Origin: Balanoglossus misakiensis
Taxonomy: Eukaryota; Animalia; Hemichordata
DNA length: 64,000 nucleotides
NCBI GenBank assembly: GCA_040954595.2
Contig: CM082577.2
Coordinates: forward strand, 3,656,205 to 3,720,204
Direction: 5' to 3'
Each line of letters opens with the position of its first letter. Position 1 is the stretch's first letter. Of the stretch, positions 51,266 to 64,000 are shown piece by piece. The notes under the pieces are model-generated. The model saw nothing but the letters and a program-made list of their open reading frames with translations, ran no database searches and had not been told where the DNA came from. The position numbers and the translations under genes were made by a program.

Positions 51266-51383
51266 CGTTTCATATATGGTGAGCATGCGTGTTGACTTGT
51301 TGTGACGTCAAAGAATGACGTCATAGGGATTTCCTGACCCGAGACTGTCCTCTGACGCGCACGGCACATCCATCTTCACTGTC
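51266..51383. promoter_or_regulatory. Compact bidirectional promoter with two CRE/ATF palindromes
   Basis: 118 bp separate the divergent ATGs. TGACGTCA occurs at 51303-51310 and 51316-51323. Confidence 0.65.
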
Positions 51384-52455
<1,072 letters not shown>

Positions 52456-53839
52456 GGTTCATGGTGATAATTTGCAAGATTTCAGTATGACATGTCTGCT
52501 TTGTGTAACATTGAGTCCTATAATCTGATGTCATCTCCATTTTCTATCATGAAATAATGAGTTTGTGACTATCAATTCTCACTACCTTAAATAGGTTTTT
52601 GCCACCTAGGTGAGTGTTGAAAAACTCACATGGTTGGCATGATTTCAAGACATGGCTGATAGTGTGCTGCCAATGGAGAGGCCAAGAGTTTAGGTCATGG
52701 AAAATGACAATTTGTGGGACGTGTTGAAATCTGAAATTACCACAGAATGAATGGATCACATTGCAGGAATGTTAAACTGTAATGCATGCTCCCTGTGTTA
52801 ATATTTGGACAAAAAATGACAACTTTGTAGACAGTCTCAGCTTTCAATAAAGAACATTTAAAGTTTATTTACATAATGTTGAAATCATGCATTCATATCA
52901 TGAAGCTGAACATTACATCAACGACTGTGGATTTTCTCTGCAAAAAAAGTTGGTGAACTTCAGAAAACCACACTTGGATGTAATCTGTTGCCACCCTGAG
53001 TTGGAAGATTCATACATCTCATTTTCATTTTTGGAAGATGATGGTTAGTACACGTCCACGTCCATGTGCATCTTGACTCCAAAGTCAATCATCGAGCAAA
53101 CAGTGACACGATCCCACCATCATTCTGACAAAAAATATCAATTCGGGACAGATTCGTCTTCAACAGCAAAAAATCATTCTCCAGCACACTATTACATACA
53201 ATACATACAGATCTCTTATAATCATGAACTGATCATGACTTATTAAAATCTCTTGGCTATCTACAGACTGTGACGTCATCTATTTCTATACGTGATAAGT
53301 TAATTTTTCATCGGAACCCAGATGCCACTTTCCAGTCCCAGTTGTGCAGTAATCATTCAAGACTGTGCCGTTTCATTTATCAAACATTTATCGTGACACT
53401 GACATTGCAGCTTTCTCTCGCACCGCCAGAAAGGGCTAGATCATGGCAGCAAACACAGACTGTGGCACAGAACATCCCACACCCACAGGCCTGTTCACCT
53501 TCTAGGATTTCCACAGGTGTTGATCGTGAAACAAACACTGTCTCTTCAAAAACATGCATATCAGTTGGCATTTATTACATGTATGATAGAAAATGAACCT
53601 CTTTGGTAAAAAAAAAGTTTGAAGATTTCTGTGAATATCACCCAAACCAGTCCCAATTGTTGGAAAGTTATTTGCTGTATAGTACTGTCAGTGTATTACT
53701 TTGTTTCCAGTTGAGTTTCATGTCGAGGTAGAAATCCAATCACTGTGACTGAAAAAACTTAATGTCTTGATGTTTTCATTTGGCACACACTCTTCGATCA
53801 AACGGCTGTGGTGTGAAATCTGCACCTATGACATCTCCA

Positions 53840-56800
53840 TTACCGCTTCTTATCAGACGAATATATTGAGAGGAAGGCGTCTGTACTACCAGCTCCCAGT
53901 AAAACCTACCGTGTGTGAAAAAAAGAAAGAAGAAATCCACATTACAATGAATAATTATGTCAGAAATGTCATGTATTAAGAATAGCACAATTAGCAATTT
54001 AACACAATTATTATGACATTAAGAATACAACAAAGTCGAGTACCGGTAGTCTGCTTACCCGGTGTTGATGGAAGGCCATACAACTGATCGGTCCAATGCG
54101 CTGTCCCATGAAACCATCGTGGTATTTGATAGTGCTTAAATTATCACCTGCTAAACTATACACACTAATGAGTTGATTGGCTGAACCACTGTAAGAGGAC
54201 CAGAAAGTGAACGTATGTCAATGAACAGAACATCTCGTTCTTCATCATTTGTATAAAGGCATCAAGTAACTTTTCCAGGGGGTAAATGCATCAACTCACC
54301 ATGCCAGGACCTCAGCCTGCTCATGAACTTCCATTGCTGTCAGACTCTGAACTGTGTTGATTGTGTTGACAGATTCTGTAAATCTAGGATCCCAAAACCT
54401 AATGTCACCTGCAACACTGGAAAAAAAAGAAAAAAAAAGCACGAATCATTACTGGTAAAGTGCCTTGCTCAACAATACACAGCCACTGGGCTAAGATAAC
54501 TCTGGCATGCAGAACACACTTTGTCCAGTTTTATTTTGATGGTCCCTTCGGTGGATTTGTAGCTTCTAAAACATTAATGATAGAAACTTGGAAGGCTTAC
54601 CTTGCACTAATAATATTGCCATCACCACCCTTCTGTAAATGTACTTTCACTACCCAGCCTTGATGCTCCCTCAATGTCATCACTCGACTGTCAATAAAAA
54701 ATACAAGGCATTAAGTTCAGCTGTACGAGCGGGACAGGAAGCCATGGTTGATACACAACACTGAAAAGGTACTCAAAAAATTAAAGGTGCAGGTAAGTTA
54801 TGTATTACACGTGTCCTACCATTCTTGGGGTGCCAGTCTTCTGTCGTACAGCCTAACAGATCCATCTCCACATCCCGCTATGAGAAGGGATCTCCCAACT
54901 GAATCACATGCTAAGCTAGTTACACAACTATCTGCTCCTGTCGGTATATCCTGTTGGCAATAAAGAAGAATGTAAATGCAAGTAACAAACCCAACAGTCT
55001 GCTTTAGAATTTGTACATGAAATGTGCACCCACATACATTCGCAGATTTCTACACAAACTGCATTTAAGGACAAGACTTTGCAAACTAGGAGCAGTGTAG
55101 CTATTGTAGTGTACCTGAAGTCTGACTTCTCTCTGTGTGTCCCAGACTCGGATTATCCTCACATCACCCGAAGCCAGCAACATGCCGGACTCTTGCTCCC
55201 AATCCACAACTAAACCTGAACCTGTGTATAAACAAATAGACATCTGACATATTACAAACTTGATACAACACAAATCATGAACTGGGGTGTAAGGGGTTGT
55301 GGAAAGGGTTCAGCTCATTTAATGGTGTTGATGTGAAGAAATCTGTGTTGGACATTTACCTCTTGTTGATGGTAGCATATCAGTAAGTGCCTGCCATGCC
55401 GTGACCAACTCTGGTTTGCCGGTCTCCCCGGAATAATTCCTCCAAATCCTCACTGCACCATCATCTGAATATAAAACCGAAAAAGTGCATCTATTAGGTA
55501 ATATGACTGGTTGTCATGGATAAGCTCACACCCTGTACCTGGGTATATGGATAAACACATGAATACTCCAACTGTATGCCTAACTTCCAGTTGTATGCCA
55601 AGTTGAGCAATATACTGACTGACGTCAGAGTCTCACCTGATCCAGTCAGCAACAACGTCATGTCGTGCGTGTTCATGAAATCCATGGAGGTGATCTTGTT
55701 TGGCTTCACGTTTCCGTTGTAAAAGTAGTTGAGCCTGGCACCCTGCTCCCAGTTCCACGTGCTGAAATGCCAAAAAAGATGCAAACAGTCAGGTCTATAA
55801 ACATCAGATATATTTGATAGGGAAAGTCATTCATGGGTTCAAAGGTCACAAGTGCAAAAGGTCAGTTTGCCCAACCTACCTGATTCCCTCCCGATCTGCA
55901 ACCACAATATGGGGTTCATAAGCATTGAACTTCAGTGACAGAGGAACACTCTGGTTTTTGTTGATAAATATTTGGTCATCTAACCTGTTGAAAGCTGAAA
56001 CAGAACATTCAAAAAAAGTTATTGTCTATTGTGCAGTACAAACTGGTTTTAAAAATGCAATATGAAAATCAAGATAACCTGTTAAAATGTGTTGTTTGTT
56101 ACACGATGTGCACGGGACTGTCCTGCAAATCTCACATTTTATTTCTTCTGCATCTCAACACCATTGAGTTAAACTACAAAACTATACCAGATACCAGATT
56201 CAACACAAACATTTGCCAGCCAAAATTAAAAACCTAAATCTAAACTTACAAGCTTTTTTCTGTTGTTCCCTGACATCTCTCCTCAACTTTGTATTCCTGA
56301 TAAACCTCCATTCTCTTTCATGGTGCAGTGTGCTCTCTGGGTCAATCTCCTCAGGCATCTACGAGCAATTGCATAATAGATTTGGGGACTTCAAACATAC
56401 ATTTCATAGGACTTTCGAAGGTTACTAACACACGTACAAAGATAAAAGACACATCAGAAACAGGAAAAGACATACCAGACATAGAGAGAGAACGGAACAG
56501 ACAAATAGACAGACCGACGGACAGACAGACACACATCTCACCTTCATCACTGACTGTGCAAAATATTTACAACTCCACTCGGCAAACTCTGTCTGTATAA
56601 CCATCTTCTTGGATGAAAGCACCTCCTCTGCTTCTTCATATGTCTGTCAAATATTCAATATTGATGCCTTTAGTCTGGTTTACCAATCAATTTTAAGAGC
56701 AAAATGCCAAAAATTGGAGAGAAGCTGATCTAAGTCAAATTTTCAGATTAGGTGTTAAATAGTTCACTCACCACACTGGGGCCCTTGTCAAACAATTTTC

Positions 56801-59800
56801 GTGACCTCTGAAACTGATGTGTGTGTGTTGAGAACTGGGCTCCTATGGGTGCTGGGTTCTGTGGTCTGGCTGGCGGGGGTTGCTCACCAGGTTTTAAAGC
56901 GACCGGTCTGGCGATCTCATGTGGTATGGCCATTTTATCGTTAGGAGGTGAGTCCCTGTAAAGGCAAAAATATATTATATGGGACACTAAGAGTCAATTT
57001 TTACATTTTTTTTCTTTCAGTGAAACTTGAAATATTTTCTGAAATCTCTCAAAAATCAGTGACTGCAAAAAAAACCATATCAATCCTGAAAATGTATTTC
57101 AAGGAGAAAGGCGGTTCTTACTCGAGATATGAGTTTCCTAGTTGGCGATTTGTCGGGCTAGAAGGAGCCGAGTACGTCTTTCTGCTCTCTTTCACTCTCT
57201 GCGGTTTGGCCGTTATTGATGCCTGAAAGATGAGATCAGTGAATAAGTGAATAAGCATGGGATTTTAGAAATCGACAGGAAATGCATGGATTTAAGCGAA
57301 TGAATGGGCCTGATCTGGTAGTTATTGAAGTGATCAAAATTACAATTTTGGACAAATTGACACAAATTTCCGGTTGGGGAATGCACACACTACTTTTCTG
57401 GCAACACCCACCTTCAGATTTATTGCACCGACTATCTTCACCGACAGATCCCGGACCTCCGGGTGAGGGTCACTGCCCAGCTGCATGATTCCCTTCCACA
57501 CCTGTGCATAGACATTGCCGTAGGACGGCGCCCACAGCGAAGAGAGGGAGGCGCCCGATGGCACCCGTCGGATTTTGTCCGGAGAGAAGAGGACGGGGGC
57601 CTGGGGCACCAGGAGGTCTCCGCTGCCGCTGCTATGGCTACCGGTCGAGCTGCCACTGCCCAGGGGTGACATGGGACCTAGACAGGAAGGAGAAACGTGA
57701 AGCACAAGATTCTTCTTAGAACAGTCAATGAACAAAACATTGAAGTCATTCCAAAATCATACAAAACCTACATTCTAACTTCAACAATTGGTTTCAATCA
57801 GGTGCAACAATACTGCATACGATGCAATTTTGTTAGTTAACATTTTGGAAAAAATCAACATGCATGTGTGCATGTACATGCCAAATATACAAATTTGGAA
57901 CAAGTTTGGATCAGATCTGGACAACGGGAAATCATAAACATTCAACGTTAGCCCTTTCACCCCCAGTTCCCTCTTTAGAAGTCCAACTGTACTATAGAAA
58001 ATAATGGGTTTACAAAGAATCTCGTTTTTATCTACTACCTCAAATGTACACATTGTTGAAATAATGGTGGAAATGACTGGAGCCAGACATAGAAAGTCAT
58101 TATCAACGTTTTCTTCTCTGTTGTATTTTACGATGCCTGCAATGAATGCTTGACTCAATCAATGAATCAATGGGAGAGAATGCTTGCAGCTGAAGGAAAT
58201 TACAGCGCAGAAACAGAATGGGCGACTGATGGTGGTGGTGGTAGATGCAGCAACAAGACAGAGGTTAATGCACAGGTAACAAACCAGGTTTGATCAACTA
58301 CAGTGTTAGTGATTGTGTGGCAAGGACAAAATACAGTGAAACCTGTCACCAATGGTTTGACTTGGGGCAAAAACATTTGAGTTTATCTCAAAATTGAGGT
58401 TGGTGACCATACTTCAATCACTGAATTTAATGTCACTTGACTGAACTATGTTTTTTTTCCAGCAATTCTCAATGTAATCATATGGGAACAGACAAATTCC
58501 ATGTGCTCGTATTGCACAAGTACATCCTTCATAGTGTGTGGCTTTGGACAAGTTTTACTGTATATTAGTCAAACTGTTGGATGGGCTTGCAAAAATTCAC
58601 CAGCAAGACTGTTTTGCAGAAAATCATCAGAACTGCTCAACGGGAGCTCAACTCTGACCGTCTGCCAGCTATGGCAGCATAGTATGCTGAGAGCCCCAAA
58701 TATAGTCAGAATAAACTTGGGCATGTGTCGTTTCAAACATTCATTTGGGGGCACTGTCTGGTGATTATCTACAAAGGAAAAGGAGAGAGAGAGATGCACC
58801 ATGAAAACTACTAGCTGGAAAGAAAATTTGTTGAGAGAATGTGTCTGTGGAGTGACAACTACGGCGATAGCATGCGAGAGAGATGCAGCAGCTAGCTGTG
58901 AGGCTGTTTTGGGAAAAAAAGACAAAAACCATGCCGACGTTAAAAGCTGGAAATGAAGTGTCAGTAGGTCTATAGTGGGTGGATGATTTTGTTAGTAGAA
59001 TTCAGCACTTGAAACAGTATACCTCGGATAACGCAACTCTTTAAAACCAATAGCGCTTGGATAATTTCTTTTTGCATACTGGAACTTATTTTTGTCTTGT
59101 TCATAAACATTGCAATACATAATTTTTTATGACAAAAATAAATTCCAGATCTTTAAACGTTATCTGAATTTCAATAAAAAAACTGAGTCTAGTGATTAAC
59201 ATTAAGTTATATAGTCCAAACTTAAAATATACAAACAAAAATACAAAAAACATAATTTTTCTATCTTGACAGTGCAAACTACAAGGAACCTAAGCCATGC
59301 AGTTGCTGGTGTAGACACACCAACACTGATCAGGCATATATCTACACACTATGAAGAGCTATACAGAAGCATTCAAGAGTTAGACATCAATGGACGTCCA
59401 TCCATTCATGACAGGACAGAGACGGAGAGACAGATCGGAACAAGCAAGGTTTGAATGGAACTACATTGACGCCAGTAGTACATTCAACAAGTTGGACCTA
59501 TGTTTACAAAAAAAAATTATCAGTTTTGAAATATTTTTCATTTTACTTCTTTTCAAACTACATGACAGAAAAATTATTTTTTTATTTTTTTTCCAAGATC
59601 ACCAAGTTCTTTTACATTTAATATGTGAATTTTTTGTCTTTTTTTTTTGGGGGGGGGGGGCAGAAAAAAGACGGACAGAACAAGAACAGGAGGGGCTTGT
59701 TGAATGAACTACTGACACCAAAACTAAACAGTAACTAGAGAGAGGGAAGTTTTCAGTGTGAGAAGACCAAGATTTGGAGAGTCTCACCATTGAGTAGATT

Positions 59801-62800
59801 ACTACTGCTATGGCTAACAGGCAATGTGGAGTTGACACGACGCAGTGACGCGGACGAGGATCTTCGACTTCCACCATAACCTGCATCACCATCTCAGAGA
59901 TGGCGGAAAGACGTTAGCACACAAAGTAAAATATAGACACACATTTTTTTTTTAAAGAAAGGGGAAGAATTCGGATGTCGGGAGAACTGACAGCAGAGAT
60001 GAGGAAATCGACGAAGGTAATGTGACATTGGGAGGTGCCAATGAAGGTCAAATGAAGGTCAAAGCGACATTGGTATAAGGTGATGGGCACTACCATGCAA
60101 ATACAGCCATGTCTGAAAAATAAAACTGCCTATGAGCTACATATGTGTGGGAACATAGTGACATTCCCACAAACCACTACATTCCACCCGGTAACTGTTC
60201 GCGGATGTGAGATCTGTCTTTTTTTAAAGGAAAAAATTATCTTGGAAATTCCTATACCTATATAAAATCCGTCCGGACTTTGGGCTTCTTGCGCTCTCTT
60301 CTGCTCTTCTTCCATCCATTGCATAGATATCATGACAAAGTGACTCTCGAACTGACACACAAACTCGTGCAGTGCCACGGCAAGTTCCTAGGGCGATAAA
60401 ACACAAGAGTTTGACATCAGCATACAACTTTATCATGAAATTCAATGATTTCAAGAAAATTTCCCACTTTAAGGTTGACAGATGAATATTTAATTATGTG
60501 CACTGCGTTGAGTTGAAGGATTTAACACACCTTTCGAACAATTGGGCTTCCATCCATCGATACATTGAGGACAGTTAGACCCACATTGTGGTCGATGTTA
60601 TTGGCATGATCGGTTCTTTCCGAGCAATTGCCCATAAACGTACCCAGTGCCAAGACTGCTGCTGCCCGCACCTGTAAATGGAGACGACACAAGTTGGGAG
60701 TAAAGATGATTATTAACCTGCATTGCTTCAAAGAAACTTGCCAAAATACTGCAAGTGTTCCGTCCATCTCTTTCTAAGGTATTACCCACTTCAGTTGAAA
60801 AACTGCGGACTCACCTCTGGCAATTGATCGGTGAGAAGCACGTAGAGTTTTTCATGGGCACTGTCTCTCACACCACACCACCTGGCCGCATCAAAGTTCG
60901 TCCATATCCTGGCCAGACACAAAGCCAGCCATTGTCTGAGTAGATGATGCGAGTCAGATAACTGATCCAAACAGATTGCTATCATGTTGCCTTGTAGACA
61001 TGCCTCCTACGAATGCGAAATATTCAGAAAATGCCGTTAGATCTAACTATGTCAAAAATCAAACGTTTCTGTCAGACTGCAAGGTGCAAGCACTGCAAAT
61101 GGGATCGGACTGAATGTTTTTCTACTTTCTTTGAGAAATTTGAGTCTGCTTACCTGTCCATTGGGGTAGTTATGGACAATCATCGCCAGCACAAACGCAG
61201 CCATTGTCCTGTGTTCAGCCTGCAATCAACAATTAATGCTGACATTTTAAGTTCAATTTATATTTGAAACACTTACCATGTAGTGGGTTGACAGCTCTAC
61301 CCAACATTAATGTTTGTCGATTTTTATTTTTTTCTGAACTGAAAGTGTCTTGTCTACTCTACAAGATCAGGCAAATGAAAAGCTTATACATCCTCATACT
61401 TACAGGCATGTATGGATCTGCTAAAACCGACAGGAAATACTTGTGGCCATTGTCCTTGACCAAATCAGCTTGGCACGACTATAAATAAAAGAGAGATTTC
61501 AGCACTAAGCTTTTCCAACTGAAACATTTCTTCTTCAAACCTTTGAAGGTTATAAAATGATTTTCTGATCCTGAAATTGTTTTACCAGCATACTTACACT
61601 GTCCACAGCCAGTATCTTGGCCCATATAAACACAAGCAATGGCCTCAGCTCTCGCGCTGAACTCTGTAGTAACTTCAAGACATAGGGGAATATTCCAACT
61701 GACAGTGCCTGAAATTAACAATAAATCCGATATTAGCCTAGGCACACAGTTTTTGAATACATGACTTCATATTGATAGCGCATGAATCAGGGAGAATGTA
61801 ACGCCACTGTTCGTAACTCACCAGACTCACTGCCCATGGACCGAGGTCAAGAAACCTGCCCAGGAGATCTAGCGCCCTCAACCTGTGAACTTGACTCAAC
61901 AGCACCTAGAAAACGAAGGGCGCACATGTATACAGTATGTGAATCAACATTCTAAGAAGTTAGCTACAAAAATATTAAAGTTTTACAGACTCTCTGTAAT
62001 TATCACTGACCTGTAAGACAATGGGTAACTGTTCCGGAGGATTGCGTCTCTCGGAACCAAGTGTCAGCCACACTTGGAACGCCGTAAGCTGCTCCGCAAA
62101 GAACGGACTGTGATTGTATTCGGCTGGTCCGTGTAACACTGATGGCAGTTGGGATAAGCAGTGGTCCACAGCCAAGTCCCACGCTTGCCTGGAAATTGGT
62201 AGAAAACAGTGGTGAGTGATAATTTCATGGCACTTGCTGTTCTTCCTGTACTACAGTGCTCCCAAAGACACTATTTCCTTAATGAGAATTTACATGTGAG
62301 TGCCACACAACGCTGGCATTGAGGAGAGATTGTATCCACAGGGTAAAATCCATCGAACTTACCACATAGGATGATGATAGGTTGGGGGTAATCTTGGGCT
62401 CGACACTGGGGTGCAGTTATAAGATCTCATGATTCTCTCGGCCAACAGAAAGTTGCGGAATAGGCTCGCGACCAGGAGATCTTGTCGGAACAACTTCTGG
62501 AACAGTTCTGTTATCAAAGGCAATGACATTCCACAATGAGAACACCGATCACAATTTTCATGGGGGGGGGGGGGGTTTAAATGGCACGCTGGCCTTATAT
62601 TATAGAACAGAGCCAAATAGAAGAAGGTTTTAAATTCATTTCTAACCACAAAATGTGCTTTTATACAACAAATTGGCGAATACTGTGTTAATACCTCTGG
62701 GTAAAACATTCCATGCAATGGTGTCTGTTATGGCAGTAAAAATCCAATTCAACTCTCCCAGCGGTGTACGTCTGTCATTCAGGCGCCCTGGAATTCTGCA

Positions 62801-63902
62801 GAAAAAATAAAATAAGAGACAGTTATCAGAAATTTATTTGCCAGCAGGAAATAACATTCTTAACTTCTTAATATCTCACTGGACTCTTGCTTAAAATTAC
62901 TCCATGATAGGCACTTATTAACATTATTACAAATTTCCTTCAAAGGGAATTTGTTCATCCATAGGTGTGTCCTCCCAACATGTCAACTGCCCGAGATTTC
63001 CTTATGTACAGTCATTGCACCAAATGTGTGAGAGCCACAATGTAAAAGTTACAATTCACTGCAATGACCTACTTGTCTATAAGCTCCAGTGTGATTTCAG
63101 GAACTAATTTGGCACTTCTCTGACAGCAAAACCTGCAATGTATAGTAAATGGTATAAATTAAAAGTGTTGCAGATTGATATCAATATGACAATAAAGATA
63201 CAAAATAAATATTTTGAAATAGTGCCATTAGAGTCTGGCTGACACAGTTACTTACCACCTCAGAGCTATTTTGATTGGTGTGGTAAGGCAAGATGTGAAC
63301 AAATCTGAGGGCAGTTCTGGATTCATTGGAAGCAACTGACTCGAAGCACACGCAGCCAGCTGAATGCAATTCTTCAAAGGTGGTGGCAGGGGCATGTTGT
63401 TGTGTAAAGCTGGATGGTTGCGATTGATCTGTGCTAACTGCAACAACAAACAATTGTGAGCAATGTTACAATGTAATCGATTACACTTCTCACATACATA
63501 TCAAAGACAGTGAAATTAACGCAGGGATGTACATGTAGATAAGAACAGGCAGTCGGCAAAAAATTGGAAATTTTGCCATTTCTGACTGGCTACCTAATCA
63601 ATATCTATATATGAACATTCCTACTGTAATTTCTGAAAATTGTGTTGACCAAAAAAAAAAGATTTTCACGCTCACCCAGATAACAAACCTGCAACAGATT
63701 TGAACACCAAAAGGACAAGGACAATAATTAGATTTACTAACTTCATTACGTGCCTCATATTCCTGTTCTCTCTGCTTTGAGAACTGTTTGAACGATTCCA
63801 GGATGATGCCGGCATTGGAACAGTCATACACAAATAATGGACGGGCTTCCCATCCCACGTCTGCAGGTCGTAGATTGACAGTGGAATATACTGTGTGTAA
63901 CT
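53840..63902 (-). CDS. RPTOR: Regulatory-associated protein of mTOR (Raptor), 3' portion; the 5' end lies beyond the window
   Basis: [84 protein letters not shown], and WD40 exons ending [17 protein letters not shown]. Confidence 0.96.
57948..58011. mobile_element. Truncated copy of the 85-bp piggyBac-like MITE (RPTOR intron)
   Basis: TTAG|CCCTTTCACCCCCAGTTCCCTCTTTAGAAGTCCAAC...TAGAAAATAATGGGTTT matches one end of copies 1 and 2. The other TIR is missing. Confidence 0.65.
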
Positions 63903-64000
63903 CTGTCATAGGGGAAGATGTGGAGATAAAAATGTTTAAAAACAAAATGTTATACCGTAGTTTGCCGGGTAAGAACCCCTGCTCGGACAAACGCCCCCCC

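Noticed and set aside
62122-62132. GGCTGGTCCG, identical to the vertebrate Y RNA 5' end
   Set aside because: It lies antisense within an RPTOR coding exon and has no matching 3' stem.
63752-63902. Apparent frameshifts in an RPTOR exon (extra G after TGG and extra T in ATTATTT, disrupting TWMGSPSIF) and an unclear donor site
   Set aside because: RPTOR is essential and otherwise intact, and the defects cluster at the window end. Consensus errors are more likely than pseudogenisation; read pile-ups would decide.

Overview
Gene-dense eukaryotic DNA with spliceosomal introns, probably from an invertebrate deuterostome (inferred from gene content, not identified). Left to right: a foldback-like inverted array of 31-bp-based repeats (1-3211) carrying a nested PIF/Harbinger-type MITE and a Penelope-like RT fragment; a C-terminally truncated sulfotransferase; an HS3ST-like gene; BRI3; EXOC7 (with a U12-type intron); an inverted DCXR pair; ENGASE; NTAN1; RRN3; CENPM; a flavin-reductase/unknown-domain fusion gene; MRM2; and the 3' part of RPTOR. 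The most interesting items are: (1) an intact, intronless RO60/TROVE2 gene nested on the same strand in NTAN1 intron 1, with splice signals that could link it to NTAN1 exon 1; (2) duplicated alternative last exons in NTAN1; (3) two near-identical H/ACA-snoRNA-like elements in RRN3 introns; (4) a probably mitochondrial flavin reductase fused to an uncharacterised His-motif domain, head-to-head with MRM2; (5) the foldback-like element. All exon models and homology calls were made by eye and from memory of the protein families, so boundaries may be off by a few bases.
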